A stretch of DNA of 32,000 nt from Edaphobacter aggregans (GTDB taxonomy: Bacteria > Acidobacteriota > Terriglobia > Terriglobales > Acidobacteriaceae), in contig NZ_RSDW01000001.1 of assembly GCF_003945235.1 (NCBI RefSeq), positions 4,020,001-4,052,000 of the forward strand. Reading direction: 5' to 3'. The position numbers and the translations under genes are program-made. Of the stretch, positions 15,479 to 23,519 are shown piece after piece. The number at the start of each line of letters is the position of its first letter. Position 1 is the stretch's first letter. A model generated the notes under the pieces. That model saw only the letters and a list, made by a program, of their open reading frames with translations. It searched no databases and had not been told where the DNA came from.

Positions 15479-16362
15479 GATGGATGCCGGTGTGTGCCGG
15501 GGTTGTAGCGTCGACGGCGCTGCTGCAAGGACAGACACTGCCTGATGTGCAGAATGCTTTGGGAGTGAGGCTTGTCGTTGCAGAAGAGGATACGCAGCCT
15601 GCTCTGGATGTTGTGCTGCCTGATGGGCCGGGCGTGGTGATGAAGGTCGTGTTTCCGGAGCACATTACTGTCAGGAAGCGAGGGGGCACCGAGGGAGAGC
15701 AGCTGTATCTGTATCGGCCCGGGAAGAGCGGAGAAAGGCCGGCGTGGAGGACGGTGGGCGGCTCGCTCGAGTATGAGAGCGATCTGAAGGGCAACGTGCA
15801 TCTGCTGGCGCGTGCGACGCAGGAGGAGGATGGCGTGCTGTTCCACTATGAACTGCAGAACCGCTCGAACGTCGATTATGAGATGGCGCTTGCGATTACG
15901 GACCCGAGGATGATCTCGACGTTGCACGATGAGCGGCTTGAGCGGACGTATGTTCATCACAGGGATGGATTCGATCTGCTGGCCTCGGAGACGCCAGAGC
16001 GGCTGACGTTGCCGTTGAATCAGTGGCTGCCGTCGCGGTATCTGGCTTCGTATACGTGGCCTGTGCCTGCGTTGCGCGTGGAGAAGCGTACGGATGGTAT
16101 TACGTACTACAACAAGTCGCGGGCTGTGGATGAGCCGATGATTGCGACGGTCTCGACGGACGGTAAGTGGGTGGCGGCTAGCTTTACGAAGACGACGGGG
16201 AATGTGTGGAGTAATCCTGAACTGACTTGCCAGCATGTAGATCCGGCAAAGCCGTTGTCTGCTGGTGGAAGTGCGGTGCTCGAGGTGAAGATTTTGATCT
16301 TTAAGGGAACGTTAGAGGACGCGTTGCGGAAGGTGCGGGCACAACGGTCATCACTGCAATAA
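15475..16362 (+). CDS. Secreted hypothetical protein co-transcribed with the GH16 gene
   Basis: GTG 15475 overlaps the GH16 TGA (GTGA); an in-frame ATG at 15484 is an alternative start. N-terminal MPVCAGVVASTALLQGQT is signal-like. I recognise no family motif. Confidence 0.55.
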   Translation: MRWMPVCAGVVASTALLQGQTLPDVQNALGVRLVVAEEDTQPALDVVLPDGPGVVMKVVFPEHITVRKRGGTEGEQLYLYRPGKSGERPAWRTVGGSLEYESDLKGNVHLLARATQEEDGVLFHYELQNRSNVDYEMALAITDPRMISTLHDERLERTYVHHRDGFDLLASETPERLTLPLNQWLPSRYLASYTWPVPALRVEKRTDGITYYNKSRAVDEPMIATVSTDGKWVAASFTKTTGNVWSNPELTCQHVDPAKPLSAGGSAVLEVKILIFKGTLEDALRKVRAQRSSLQ

Positions 16363-16404
16363 GACCTTTAGGAGGTCAAAAGAATTGCCGTTTCGACCTT
16401 GGGA

Positions 16405-17682
16405 TTAGTCGCAGTATGCGGCAGAGGTTAGGAGCGATTCGTCGGGTTCCATGGCTGCGTTTTCGGATTCGGCGTTGTGAGACTGGGCTTCGAAGAAGCG
16501 TTCGATGGCGTCGAGGACGGCAGGGCCATTTTTGGATTCGAAGATTTGTTTGCGTAGTGCGCCGCCGCCGGGGACGCCGTGGGTGAACCAGCTGGCGAAC
16601 TGCTTCATCTTGCCTACGCAATCGCGGTGGCGTTGGTCGCGGGCGATCTGGCCGGAGGCTTCGATGGCGGCGGCGCGGGCGGCTTCGGCGGCCTCTTCGA
16701 TGGCGATCTCGTCGACCAGCATCTGGAAGTAGGTGCGGATCATGCGGTAGCGGTCTTCGTTGGTGGGGATATCGTAGGTGCCGATGCCGGTGGCTTCCTT
16801 GGAGGCCGTGTACTGGGCGATCTGGCGGAAGATCCACGGGTTTGCCGGGGCGGTGCGGCCGATCATGACGGCGTCGCAGTGGGTGGCTTCGACCATGGCG
16901 GCGGCGTCTTCGGGGGTGCGGATGTCTCCGTTGCCGATGACGGGGATGTTGACGGCGTCTTTGACGGCGGCGATGTACTCCCAGCGGGCCTGGCCGGTGT
17001 AGCCGTCTTCGCGGGTGCGGGCGTGGAGGGCGCAGGCGTTTAGGCCGTTGTCTTCGGCCAGCTTGGCGAGTTCGACGCAGACGATGTGGTGGTCGTTCCA
17101 ACCCATGCGGAACTTGACGGTGAATGGGATGGTGACGGCGCTGCGGATGGCTTTGAAGATGCGCTCGATCTGCGGGAGGTCGCGGAGGAGGCCGGAGCCG
17201 CCGTTGCAGGCGACTACGCGCTTGGCGGGGCAGCCGAGGTTAAGGTCGACGAGGTCGAAGCCGGCGTCCTGAACGATGCGTGCGGAGTCGGCGAGGGTCT
17301 CGGGGTTGGAGCCGAAGAGCTGCGCGGAGATGGGGTGCTCGTCGTCGTAGTAGGTGAGGTAGCGCTTGCGCTTGGTCTCGCGCATGCGGGAGAGGCCGTC
17401 GGCGGAGGTGAACTCCGTCATGATGAGGCCGCAGCCGGATTGCTGGTTCGATTGCGTGGTCTCGACGTCGGTGCTGGTGGACTCAGGCGTGAACTGGCTG
17501 GCGTTTTTGATGAATCGGCGGAAGACGGTGTCGGTGACGCCGGCCATGGGGGCTAGCACTGTGGCTGGAGCGATGGTGACGTTGCCGATGGTGAAGCTGG
17601 CAGGGACGCGGGAGTGCTCGGGCATCGCGTGTTCGATCGGCGAGTCCCAGCGTTTTTGCTCGAGCGTGTAGCGCTTCTTCAT
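16405..17682 (-). CDS. tRNA-dihydrouridine synthase (Dus family) with a C-terminal extension
   Basis: LAPMAGVTDTVFRR, DLNLGCPAKRV, GSGLL, FTVKFRMGW, ALHARTR and VIGNGDI are the canonical Dus FMN and active-site motifs. Confidence 0.9.
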   Translation of the reverse strand: MKKRYTLEQKRWDSPIEHAMPEHSRVPASFTIGNVTIAPATVLAPMAGVTDTVFRRFIKNASQFTPESTSTDVETTQSNQQSGCGLIMTEFTSADGLSRMRETKRKRYLTYYDDEHPISAQLFGSNPETLADSARIVQDAGFDLVDLNLGCPAKRVVACNGGSGLLRDLPQIERIFKAIRSAVTIPFTVKFRMGWNDHHIVCVELAKLAEDNGLNACALHARTREDGYTGQARWEYIAAVKDAVNIPVIGNGDIRTPEDAAAMVEATHCDAVMIGRTAPANPWIFRQIAQYTASKEATGIGTYDIPTNEDRYRMIRTYFQMLVDEIAIEEAAEAARAAAIEASGQIARDQRHRDCVGKMKQFASWFTHGVPGGGALRKQIFESKNGPAVLDAIERFFEAQSHNAESENAAMEPDESLLTSAAYCD

Positions 17683-17710
17683 AAAGACAGGGAACAGGGA
17701 TTAGGGAACA

Positions 17711-17744
17711 GAAAGCTAAAGGCCCCCGCGTTTGGCGGAGGCCT
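17711..17744 (-). terminator. Rho-independent terminator after rpmE
   Basis: On the minus strand, AGGCCTCCGC-caaac-GCGGGGGCCT forms a 10-bp stem with one G-U pair, followed by tttagctttc. Confidence 0.55.
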
Positions 17745-17763
17745 CTGAGGTTGTGGGCTCCGC

Positions 17764-17997
17764 TTACTTTGCGGCTTCTGCCTTGCCGGCGTCGGACTTG
17801 GCGAACTTGCGGCGGAAGCGCTCGACGCGTCCTGCGGTGTCGACCAGCTTCTGCTTGCCGGTGAAGAACGGGTGGCAGGCGGAGCAGATTTCGAGGACGA
17901 TGTCGCCCTTGTGCGTGGAGCGGGTCTCAAAGTGAGTACCGCAGGCGCACTTGACGGTGATGGTGTCGTACTTCGGGTGGATTCCTGCTTTCGGCAT
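17764..17997 (-). CDS. rpmE: 50S ribosomal protein L31, Zn-binding C+ form
   Basis: [10 protein letters not shown]...VKCACG...[13 protein letters not shown]...[10 protein letters not shown]. Confidence 0.95.
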   Translation of the reverse strand: MPKAGIHPKYDTITVKCACGTHFETRSTHKGDIVLEICSACHPFFTGKQKLVDTAGRVERFRRKFAKSDAGKAEAAK

Positions 17998-18176
17998 GAT
18001 GAAAGATATCCTTTGGCTGATTTTGGCTCGTCGGGTCGCGGATCGCTTGCGACGGTGCGGTCACGTCACATCGAAGGCCTGTCGCGATGCCGGGCACACT
18101 CCTACCAGAGCGTGCGAGCGCTTTTCCTATTTTAGCATTTTTTGCAGTTTCGATTGAGTGAACGACTACTGCAGGG

Positions 18177-18196
18177 CAAAAGCGACGGCAATCGCT
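18177..18196 (-). terminator. Weak candidate terminator after the OMP gene
   Basis: On the minus strand, AGCGA-ttgccg-TCGCT followed by tttg. The stem is only 5 bp. Confidence 0.25.
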
Positions 18197-18200
18197 AGGG

Positions 18201-18887
18201 TTAGTAGCGGAGGTAGAAGCCGAAGCCGGGTTGTATGGTCCAGCTGCGTTGACCGGTGTAGAGGTAGTTCTGGTAGAAGTCGGGGGCCAGGAAGAAGGCT
18301 TGGCGGAACTGGGCGCGGAGGCCGAAGTGGGGGGATAGGACGGAGCGTTCCACTCCCAAGGCATAGTAGATGGTAGCTGCGCCCTGCTGCGGGAGGCCCT
18401 GACCGCCACCTGCGGTTGGGTGGAAGACGGTGGCTCCGCCGCCTACGCCGAAGAAGGGTTGAAGGCCGTAGATCTGGTGGGGTGGATGGGCGACGTAGCC
18501 GATGGAGTACTCGGAGGCGTTGTTCTGGGCTCCGCCGATGATGTATTGGGGTGGGGGTGTGCTGTTGGTGAAGTTTTGGGTGTATCGGGCGTAGCTGTAG
18601 TTGATCTGGGCGCCGATCCAGGGGGACTTGGTGTAGCGAAGCTCGACGAGGGCACCAAAGGTGTTGCTGGAGTGCTGGTCGACATGGACGCCGAAGTAGT
18701 TGGTTCCAGAGACGTCCTTGGTGAAGTGGCCGGTGCCGCTGACGCCGAGGTCGAAGCGGGAGAGTACGCGGTCGAGTGACGTTTGGGTTTGGGCCTGGGC
18801 GTGCGCCTTGCCGGTTGATCCTGCCAGCGCTGCGAGGAGACAAAAAAGGACGGTCCGGACAGTGGACAGGCGAGACGGATTCAACAT
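18201..18887 (-). CDS. Small outer-membrane beta-barrel protein (OmpW/OprF-N-like porin-family fold)
   Basis: ATG 18887 gives MLNPSRLSTVRTVLFCLLAALAGSTGKAHAQ. Alternating Gly/aromatic beta-strand pattern with C-terminal ...GFGFYLRY. The track start at 18911 is an alternative. Confidence 0.7.
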   Translation of the reverse strand: MLNPSRLSTVRTVLFCLLAALAGSTGKAHAQAQTQTSLDRVLSRFDLGVSGTGHFTKDVSGTNYFGVHVDQHSSNTFGALVELRYTKSPWIGAQINYSYARYTQNFTNSTPPPQYIIGGAQNNASEYSIGYVAHPPHQIYGLQPFFGVGGGATVFHPTAGGGQGLPQQGAATIYYALGVERSVLSPHFGLRAQFRQAFFLAPDFYQNYLYTGQRSWTIQPGFGFYLRY

Positions 18888-18949
18888 CAAGACGAAGCTC
18901 CCTTGTGGCAAAAGAAGTGTGGCTCCTCCAGTCTACTCCGGGAGGGCGG

Positions 18950-19135
18950 TGGATGCGGAATCGACCGCGGATTCGCGCGGAAGAACTCGGATTTTAAAGA
19001 CAAAGGCCTAACACCGATTTGCACCGATGATACGGATTGGAGTGCCGGATTGATGGGGGGCGACGGGAAGGGCAGAAGCAGGTCCCCTGCGGGGATGACA
19101 TGCAAGAAAGGCGACTGCAGAGGCAATCGCAGGTG
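18950..19135 (+). repeat. Mixed repeat cluster: family-C modules followed by a family-B hairpin unit
   Basis: ccgcggattcgcgcgg hairpin, gattttaaag, aaggcctaacaccgatttgcaccgatgatacggatt (degenerate 9-mers), then gaagcaggtcccctgcggggatgacatgcaagaaaggcga (19075..19114), which is related to 26005..26041 and 26060..26096. Confidence 0.6.
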
Positions 19136-19149
19136 CGCTGCAACTGAGG

Positions 19150-20541
19150 TTAGTGGTAGATGGCGTTGGGGGCGGGATCGACGAGGAGAGTGAGGCCGTC
19201 GATGCTGCGGACGCGGACGGTGGACCCGATGGTGACGGTGCCAGGGTCTTGCAGGCGGGCGCGCCAGATTTCGCCGCGAATCTCGACCTGGCCGGTGGGG
19301 GCGAGGGGCGTGCGGGTGAGGGCGATGGCGCCGATCATGGCCTGGGGGCCGGTGAGGACTTTGCTGCGGCGGGCTTTGAGGGCGATCCATGCGAGGCCGA
19401 AGGTGATGCCGCCGAAGCCCAGGCCGGCGGCGATGGCGGTGGCGGGGTGGACGCGGAGTTCGGGGATGGGGGAGTCGACGAGGGTCATGAGGCCGAAGAC
19501 AAGGCAGACGATTCCGGCGAGGCCGAGGGCTCCGTGGCTGGTGAATTTGGCTTCGAGGACGATGAGTATCAGGGCGGCGAGCAGGAGTGCGACAGCGGTG
19601 TGGCGGACGGGAAGGAGATTGAGGCCGAAGAGCGCGAGCAGGACGAAGAGGGTTCCGAGGGAACCCGGGACTACGGTTCCGGGGACGTTGAATTCGAGGT
19701 AGATGAGGAGGCCGCCGATGACGAGGAGGAGGACCGCGATGTTGGGGTTGGTGAGTTGGCTGAGGAGACGCTCGCGGCGTGAGGGCGGGACGGGGAGGAT
19801 GGTGGCGTTGCGGAGGTTGAGGGTTTCGGTGGTGCCGTTGAAGCGAGTGATGGTGCGGCCGTCGAGGGCGGCGAGGAGGGAGGCGTCGTCGGGGGAGTCG
19901 AGGTCGATGAGGTGGAGCTTGAGGGCTTCGGCGTCGCTGTAGGATTTTGAGTTGCGGACAGCGTCTTCGGCGGCCTGGGTGTTGCGGTGGCGGCGGTCGG
20001 TGAAGGAGCGGAGGAAGGCTGCGGCGTCGTTCTCGATTTTTTGCTTGAGGACGGGGTCGGGGTTTGACGCGCCTTCGATGACGGGGTGGGCTGCGCCGGC
20101 GTTGGTGCCGGGGGCCATGGCGGCGACGTCGGCGGACTCGAGGAGGAAGAAGCCGGCAGAACCGGCTCGGCTGCCGGAGGGGGAGATGTAGAGGATGACA
20201 GGGACGGGGGAGTTTTCGATAGCCTGCACCATGACGCGGGTGGAATCGAGGAGTCCTCCGGGAGTGCCGAGGGAGATGAGGACGGCGGCTGCTCGGATGC
20301 GGGCGGCCTGGTCGAGACCGCGCTGGAGATAGTCAGCGGTGATGGGCTGGATGGTGTCGTGGATGGTTAGCTTGAGGACTACTGGCTGGGGGGATTGGGC
20401 GCGGAGAGGGAGGGTGAGGAAGAGGATTGTTAGGAGGAGGGTGAGTATTTTGCCGGAGGAGAGAGGGGTGCGGCTTTGGGCGAAATGCGGGGGTTCTTCG
20501 CTGCGCTCAGAATGACAGGCATGACGACGCGTGGTATTCAT
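19150..20541 (-). CDS. nfeD: NfeD-family membrane-bound ClpP-class serine protease (long form with C-terminal OB domain)
   Basis: AAVLISLGTPGGLLDSTRVMVQAIENSPVPVILYISPSGSRAGSAGFFLL...MAPGTNAGAAHPV (protease domain), 4 to 5 TM helices, and a C-terminal GEIWRARL...VRVRSIDGLTLLV OB fold. ATG 20541 overlaps the upstream gene's stop (ATGA). Codons 8 to 20 are encoded by a family-A repeat. Confidence 0.85.
   Translation of the reverse strand: MNTTRRHACHSERSEEPPHFAQSRTPLSSGKILTLLLTILFLTLPLRAQSPQPVVLKLTIHDTIQPITADYLQRGLDQAARIRAAAVLISLGTPGGLLDSTRVMVQAIENSPVPVILYISPSGSRAGSAGFFLLESADVAAMAPGTNAGAAHPVIEGASNPDPVLKQKIENDAAAFLRSFTDRRHRNTQAAEDAVRNSKSYSDAEALKLHLIDLDSPDDASLLAALDGRTITRFNGTTETLNLRNATILPVPPSRRERLLSQLTNPNIAVLLLVIGGLLIYLEFNVPGTVVPGSLGTLFVLLALFGLNLLPVRHTAVALLLAALILIVLEAKFTSHGALGLAGIVCLVFGLMTLVDSPIPELRVHPATAIAAGLGFGGITFGLAWIALKARRSKVLTGPQAMIGAIALTRTPLAPTGQVEIRGEIWRARLQDPGTVTIGSTVRVRSIDGLTLLVDPAPNAIYH
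20478..20520 (+). repeat. Family-A repeat copy inside the nfeD 5' coding region
   Basis: cgaaatgcgggggttcttcgct (20481..20502) and cgctcagaatgaca (20504..20517) are identical to 25927..25948 and 25950..25963. The repeat is antisense to nfeD and encodes ...ACHSERSEEPPHF... Confidence 0.75.
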
Positions 20542-22172
20542 GGGAGGGTTTGTCCTCGGGATTGGAGGGCTTGCTTCATGCCCTGGGCGGCGGTGTTGTT
20601 GGGTTCTAGGTGGAGGGCGTTGGCGACACTGGAGGCGGAGCCGGCTAGCTGGTTGGCCTGAAGGTCAAGGCGGGCGAGGACGAGGTAGGCTGCGGCGTTG
20701 GGTTTTAGCTTGAGGGAGGAGTTGGCTTCGGCGCGGGCTTGCGTTGGGTCGCCGCTTTGTTCACGGACCTGGGCGAGACCGGCGTGGGCGGTCGAGGTTG
20801 AGAGGGCGTTGGTGGGGTCGGCGGCGAGGGCAGCTTGGAATTGCTGCTCGGCTTCGGCGATGAGGCCCTGGGCCAGGTAGTCATGGCCTAGCTGGGTGTA
20901 TTGGGTGGCCTGCTCAGCGGGCGGTAAGGTGGCCATACGCATGGCGCGTACCTGGTCGAGCTGGAAGGCGGCCTGGCGGAAGGAGGCTTCGGAGTAGGTG
21001 CGGCGGATGCGCTCGAGGGGCTCGAAGTTTGTGTCGGTTGCGGGCGAGCCGGGTGCTTTTGTTGCGGCGGGCATGGGCTTGCCGTAGGCGATACGGGCTT
21101 TGAGCTCGGTGGCTTCGCTGTCGGTGGGGCGGAGCTTGAGGGTCTGGTCGACTTCGCGCTGGGCCCCGGCGAGGTCGTTGTGGCGGAGGAGGCTGACGGC
21201 GAGGTTGTAGTGGTAGTCGGGGTCGCTGGGGTCGGCGCTGGAGGCTCGCTGAAAGAGGGGCGTGGCGTCGTGGCCCTGTCGGCTGGAGGCTACAGCCTGG
21301 TTGTTGACGACTTCTGGCAGTGGGAGGCGGCTGGCTACGAATTTGAAGGCGGTTTCGGCTTCAGCGTATTTGCCGGTATTGAAGCGGGAGAGGCCGAGGT
21401 AGAAGTTGGCTTCGAGGGCGCGCGGGTCGGTGGAAGGGATGCGTGCGAGGGTGGCGGCGGCGTGGTCGTAATCGCGCTGGGTGTACTGGGCTTTGCCGAG
21501 GGCCAGGAGGGCGGCGGTGTAGGTGGGAACCTCTTGCACAGCTAGCTGGAGGTGGTTGATGCGCTCTTGCGGGTTGGGTTCGCTGGTGCCGCGGATGTAG
21601 TTTTCAAAGGCGCTGAGCTTGACCTGGCCGGGGGCGGCGAGGAAGGTCTGCTGGGCTACGTTGAACTTGGGGTCGAGCTGGCGGGCGATCTTCCAGGCGA
21701 GGGCGTTTTGAAGGTCGAAGAGACGGGACAGTTCGGTGGAGTCTTCGATGGGGGCAGAGAGGTGGAGATTGTTGACGTCGAGGATTTGTGCCTGGACGGA
21801 GATGCGCGCTTCGGTGACGGTGTAGCTGCCGACGATGACGTAGTTGGCGTCGAGGGTTTGGGCGATGCGGATGGTGGTGGCGCGAGTGGGCTTGAAGTCG
21901 AGCGGGTAGCCGAGATGGTCGAGGGCGTACTGGCGGTCGTCGCGGGAGATGGTGAGGTATCCGGCGGAGGTGAGGCGCTGATTGAGGGTGTCGGGGAAGG
22001 AGTCGCCGATCCAGGCGAGGTTGGTCTGGCCGGAACGATTGTCGAAGGGAAGGACGAGGACGACGCGGCCGGATTGCTGGGTATCGGCGGAGGATTGCGC
22101 GAAAGTAGCGACGGCGCAGAGGAGAAGGAGGACGAGGCAGAGGAGATGGCGGGGGTGAGAGAGCCTTTGCAC
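20538..22172 (-). CDS. Secreted protein with an N-terminal TolB-N/CsgG-like alpha/beta domain and multiple TPR repeats
   Basis: GTG 22172 gives MQRLSHPRHLLCLVLLLLCAVATFAQS. GRVVLVLPFDNRSG...IGDSFPDTLNQRLTSAGY...ANYVIVGSY is followed by many Ala/Tyr/Leu TPR-like helices. The track N-terminal extension (to 22829) is low-complexity and antisense to the DnaC-like gene, so I rejected it. Confidence 0.65.
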   Translation of the reverse strand: MQRLSHPRHLLCLVLLLLCAVATFAQSSADTQQSGRVVLVLPFDNRSGQTNLAWIGDSFPDTLNQRLTSAGYLTISRDDRQYALDHLGYPLDFKPTRATTIRIAQTLDANYVIVGSYTVTEARISVQAQILDVNNLHLSAPIEDSTELSRLFDLQNALAWKIARQLDPKFNVAQQTFLAAPGQVKLSAFENYIRGTSEPNPQERINHLQLAVQEVPTYTAALLALGKAQYTQRDYDHAAATLARIPSTDPRALEANFYLGLSRFNTGKYAEAETAFKFVASRLPLPEVVNNQAVASSRQGHDATPLFQRASSADPSDPDYHYNLAVSLLRHNDLAGAQREVDQTLKLRPTDSEATELKARIAYGKPMPAATKAPGSPATDTNFEPLERIRRTYSEASFRQAAFQLDQVRAMRMATLPPAEQATQYTQLGHDYLAQGLIAEAEQQFQAALAADPTNALSTSTAHAGLAQVREQSGDPTQARAEANSSLKLKPNAAAYLVLARLDLQANQLAGSASSVANALHLEPNNTAAQGMKQALQSRGQTLP

Positions 22173-22384
22173 AGCTTGAGTATAGAGCTTGGCAAAGGCG
22201 GTGGCGTGATGCTTCCGTAAGGGTTTGGGGTGGCTTTCTACGGCTAGTGCAGTGCAAAAGCAAACCCAGGGGTTCTTCCTGTTTGGCTGCGGTAATCCGG
22301 ATTTGTGTCCCTGATTCGCACAGTGCGCGCTTGGTGCGGGTGCTGCGATACTAAAGAACGATAGAGTGGTGTCTGAGAAGGTTG

Positions 22385-23140
22385 ATGGCTGAGATTTGTC
22401 CAATTTGCGAGGGTGCCGGGCTGAGGGTCGTGCAGCGGGACGGCAGGCAGTTTGCTCAGGAGTGCGAGTGCAGAGTCGGGCAGCGGGCAGCGCGGAGGCT
22501 TGGGCGGGCGCAGATTCCGCGGCGGTATGAGCATTGTTCTCTGGAGAGCTATGAGACGAACTTTCCTTCGTCGCACCGGTCGCAGGGAGCGGCATTGATG
22601 CGGGCGCGGAAGTTTGTAGAGAGCTATCCGCTGGAGACGGCGGGGACGGGACTGTTGCTGACCGGGTCGATCGGGGTGGGCAAGACTCATCTGGCGGTTG
22701 GGATTCTGCAGGCGTTGGTGCAGGATCGTGGGGCGACGGGGCTGTTCTATGACTATCGCGATCTGTTGAAACAGGTACAGCATAGCTATAACAAGCAGGT
22801 TGCGGCGACGGAGCTTGAGATTCTGGCACCGGTGTTTGACGCAGAGGTGCTGGTGCTCGATGAACTGGGCGCGTCGAAGCCGACCGATTGGGTGTGGGAT
22901 ACGGTCGCGCACATTTTGAACACGCGCTACAACGACCGGCGCACGACGATCATCACGACGAATTATGCGAACGCAGGGCCGCTGGGTACGGAATCCGGTC
23001 CGAGAGGCGTCATGCGGGAAGAGACTCTGGGCGACCGCATCGGCGAACGAATGCGGTCACGGCTCCAGGAGATGTGCGTTGTGGTGGAGATGCAGGGTGA
23101 AGACTTCCGGCAGAAGGTGAAGCGCGCAAGTTTTGCTTGA
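22385..23140 (+). CDS. DnaC/DnaI/IstB-like AAA+ ATPase with an N-terminal Cys cluster
   Basis: CPICEGAG...QECEC (putative Zn ribbon), Walker A GSIGVGKTH, Walker B VLVLDELG, and sensor TIITTN. There is no istA-like transposase or terminal inverted repeats nearby. Confidence 0.8.
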   Translation: MAEICPICEGAGLRVVQRDGRQFAQECECRVGQRAARRLGRAQIPRRYEHCSLESYETNFPSSHRSQGAALMRARKFVESYPLETAGTGLLLTGSIGVGKTHLAVGILQALVQDRGATGLFYDYRDLLKQVQHSYNKQVAATELEILAPVFDAEVLVLDELGASKPTDWVWDTVAHILNTRYNDRRTTIITTNYANAGPLGTESGPRGVMREETLGDRIGERMRSRLQEMCVVVEMQGEDFRQKVKRASFA

Positions 23141-23166
23141 TTGCGCTACGGCGTCTAAGTGTTGTG

Positions 23167-23331
23167 CTAGACGACGGTGGCCAGAAGAATAATTCCTGCG
23201 GTCAAGGCAGCAATACGATAGGCATAATCAGCCGATGTCAGCGGTGCTTTGGAGGCAGAGGTCGCGACATAGGGATTTGAAATGCTGATCGGAGTAACTG
23301 ACCTCGGCGATTTGTCGCTCTGTGTATTCAT
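23167..23331 (-). CDS. Candidate 54-aa tail-anchored small protein, below the ORF-track size cutoff
   Basis: Hand translation gives MNTQSDKSPRSVTPISISNPYVATSASKAPLTSADYAYRIAALTAGIILLATVV*. GAAGGAGAG lies 6 nt upstream of ATG 23331. It has a C-terminal hydrophobic helix and sits in an AT-richer patch. Confidence 0.4.
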   Translation of the reverse strand: MNTQSDKSPRSVTPISISNPYVATSASKAPLTSADYAYRIAALTAGIILLATVV

Positions 23332-23519
23332 GTTGGTCTCTCCTTCTCAAAGGAGTTGATGTCTGGTTAACGCGATAATGAGCTAAATAGTTCTGGTGGC
23401 TGATTAAAAATCATGCAAACTTCGCATCGGAGTGCCACTCCGGGTACCCATTGTGTTGACTCTTTTTTGATGCACGAAACCGCGGGAAGAATCGTGGCGC
23501 AGGTATAAAATTTCGGCTT

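Noticed and set aside
18143-18173. Hairpin TGCAGT...ACTGCA between the OMP gene and rpmE, considered as a terminator or riboregulator.
   Set aside because: The T-run precedes rather than follows the stem on the plus strand, and on the minus strand the stem is followed by an A-run. The stem is only 6 bp with a 19-nt loop, so the orientation is wrong for an intrinsic terminator and the evidence for anything else is weak.
22173-22829. The 219-aa N-terminal extension of track ORF 20538..22829 (MPESQAPSPQP...).
   Set aside because: It is low-complexity Pro/Ser/Ala sequence and is antisense to the well-supported DnaC-like gene (22385..23140). A GTG at 22172 immediately precedes a canonical signal peptide.
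22385-23140. IS21-family element, with the IstB-like ATPase as its helper gene.
   Set aside because: There is no IstA transposase ORF upstream, no terminal inverted repeats and no target duplication visible. The N-terminal Cys cluster is more DnaI-like.
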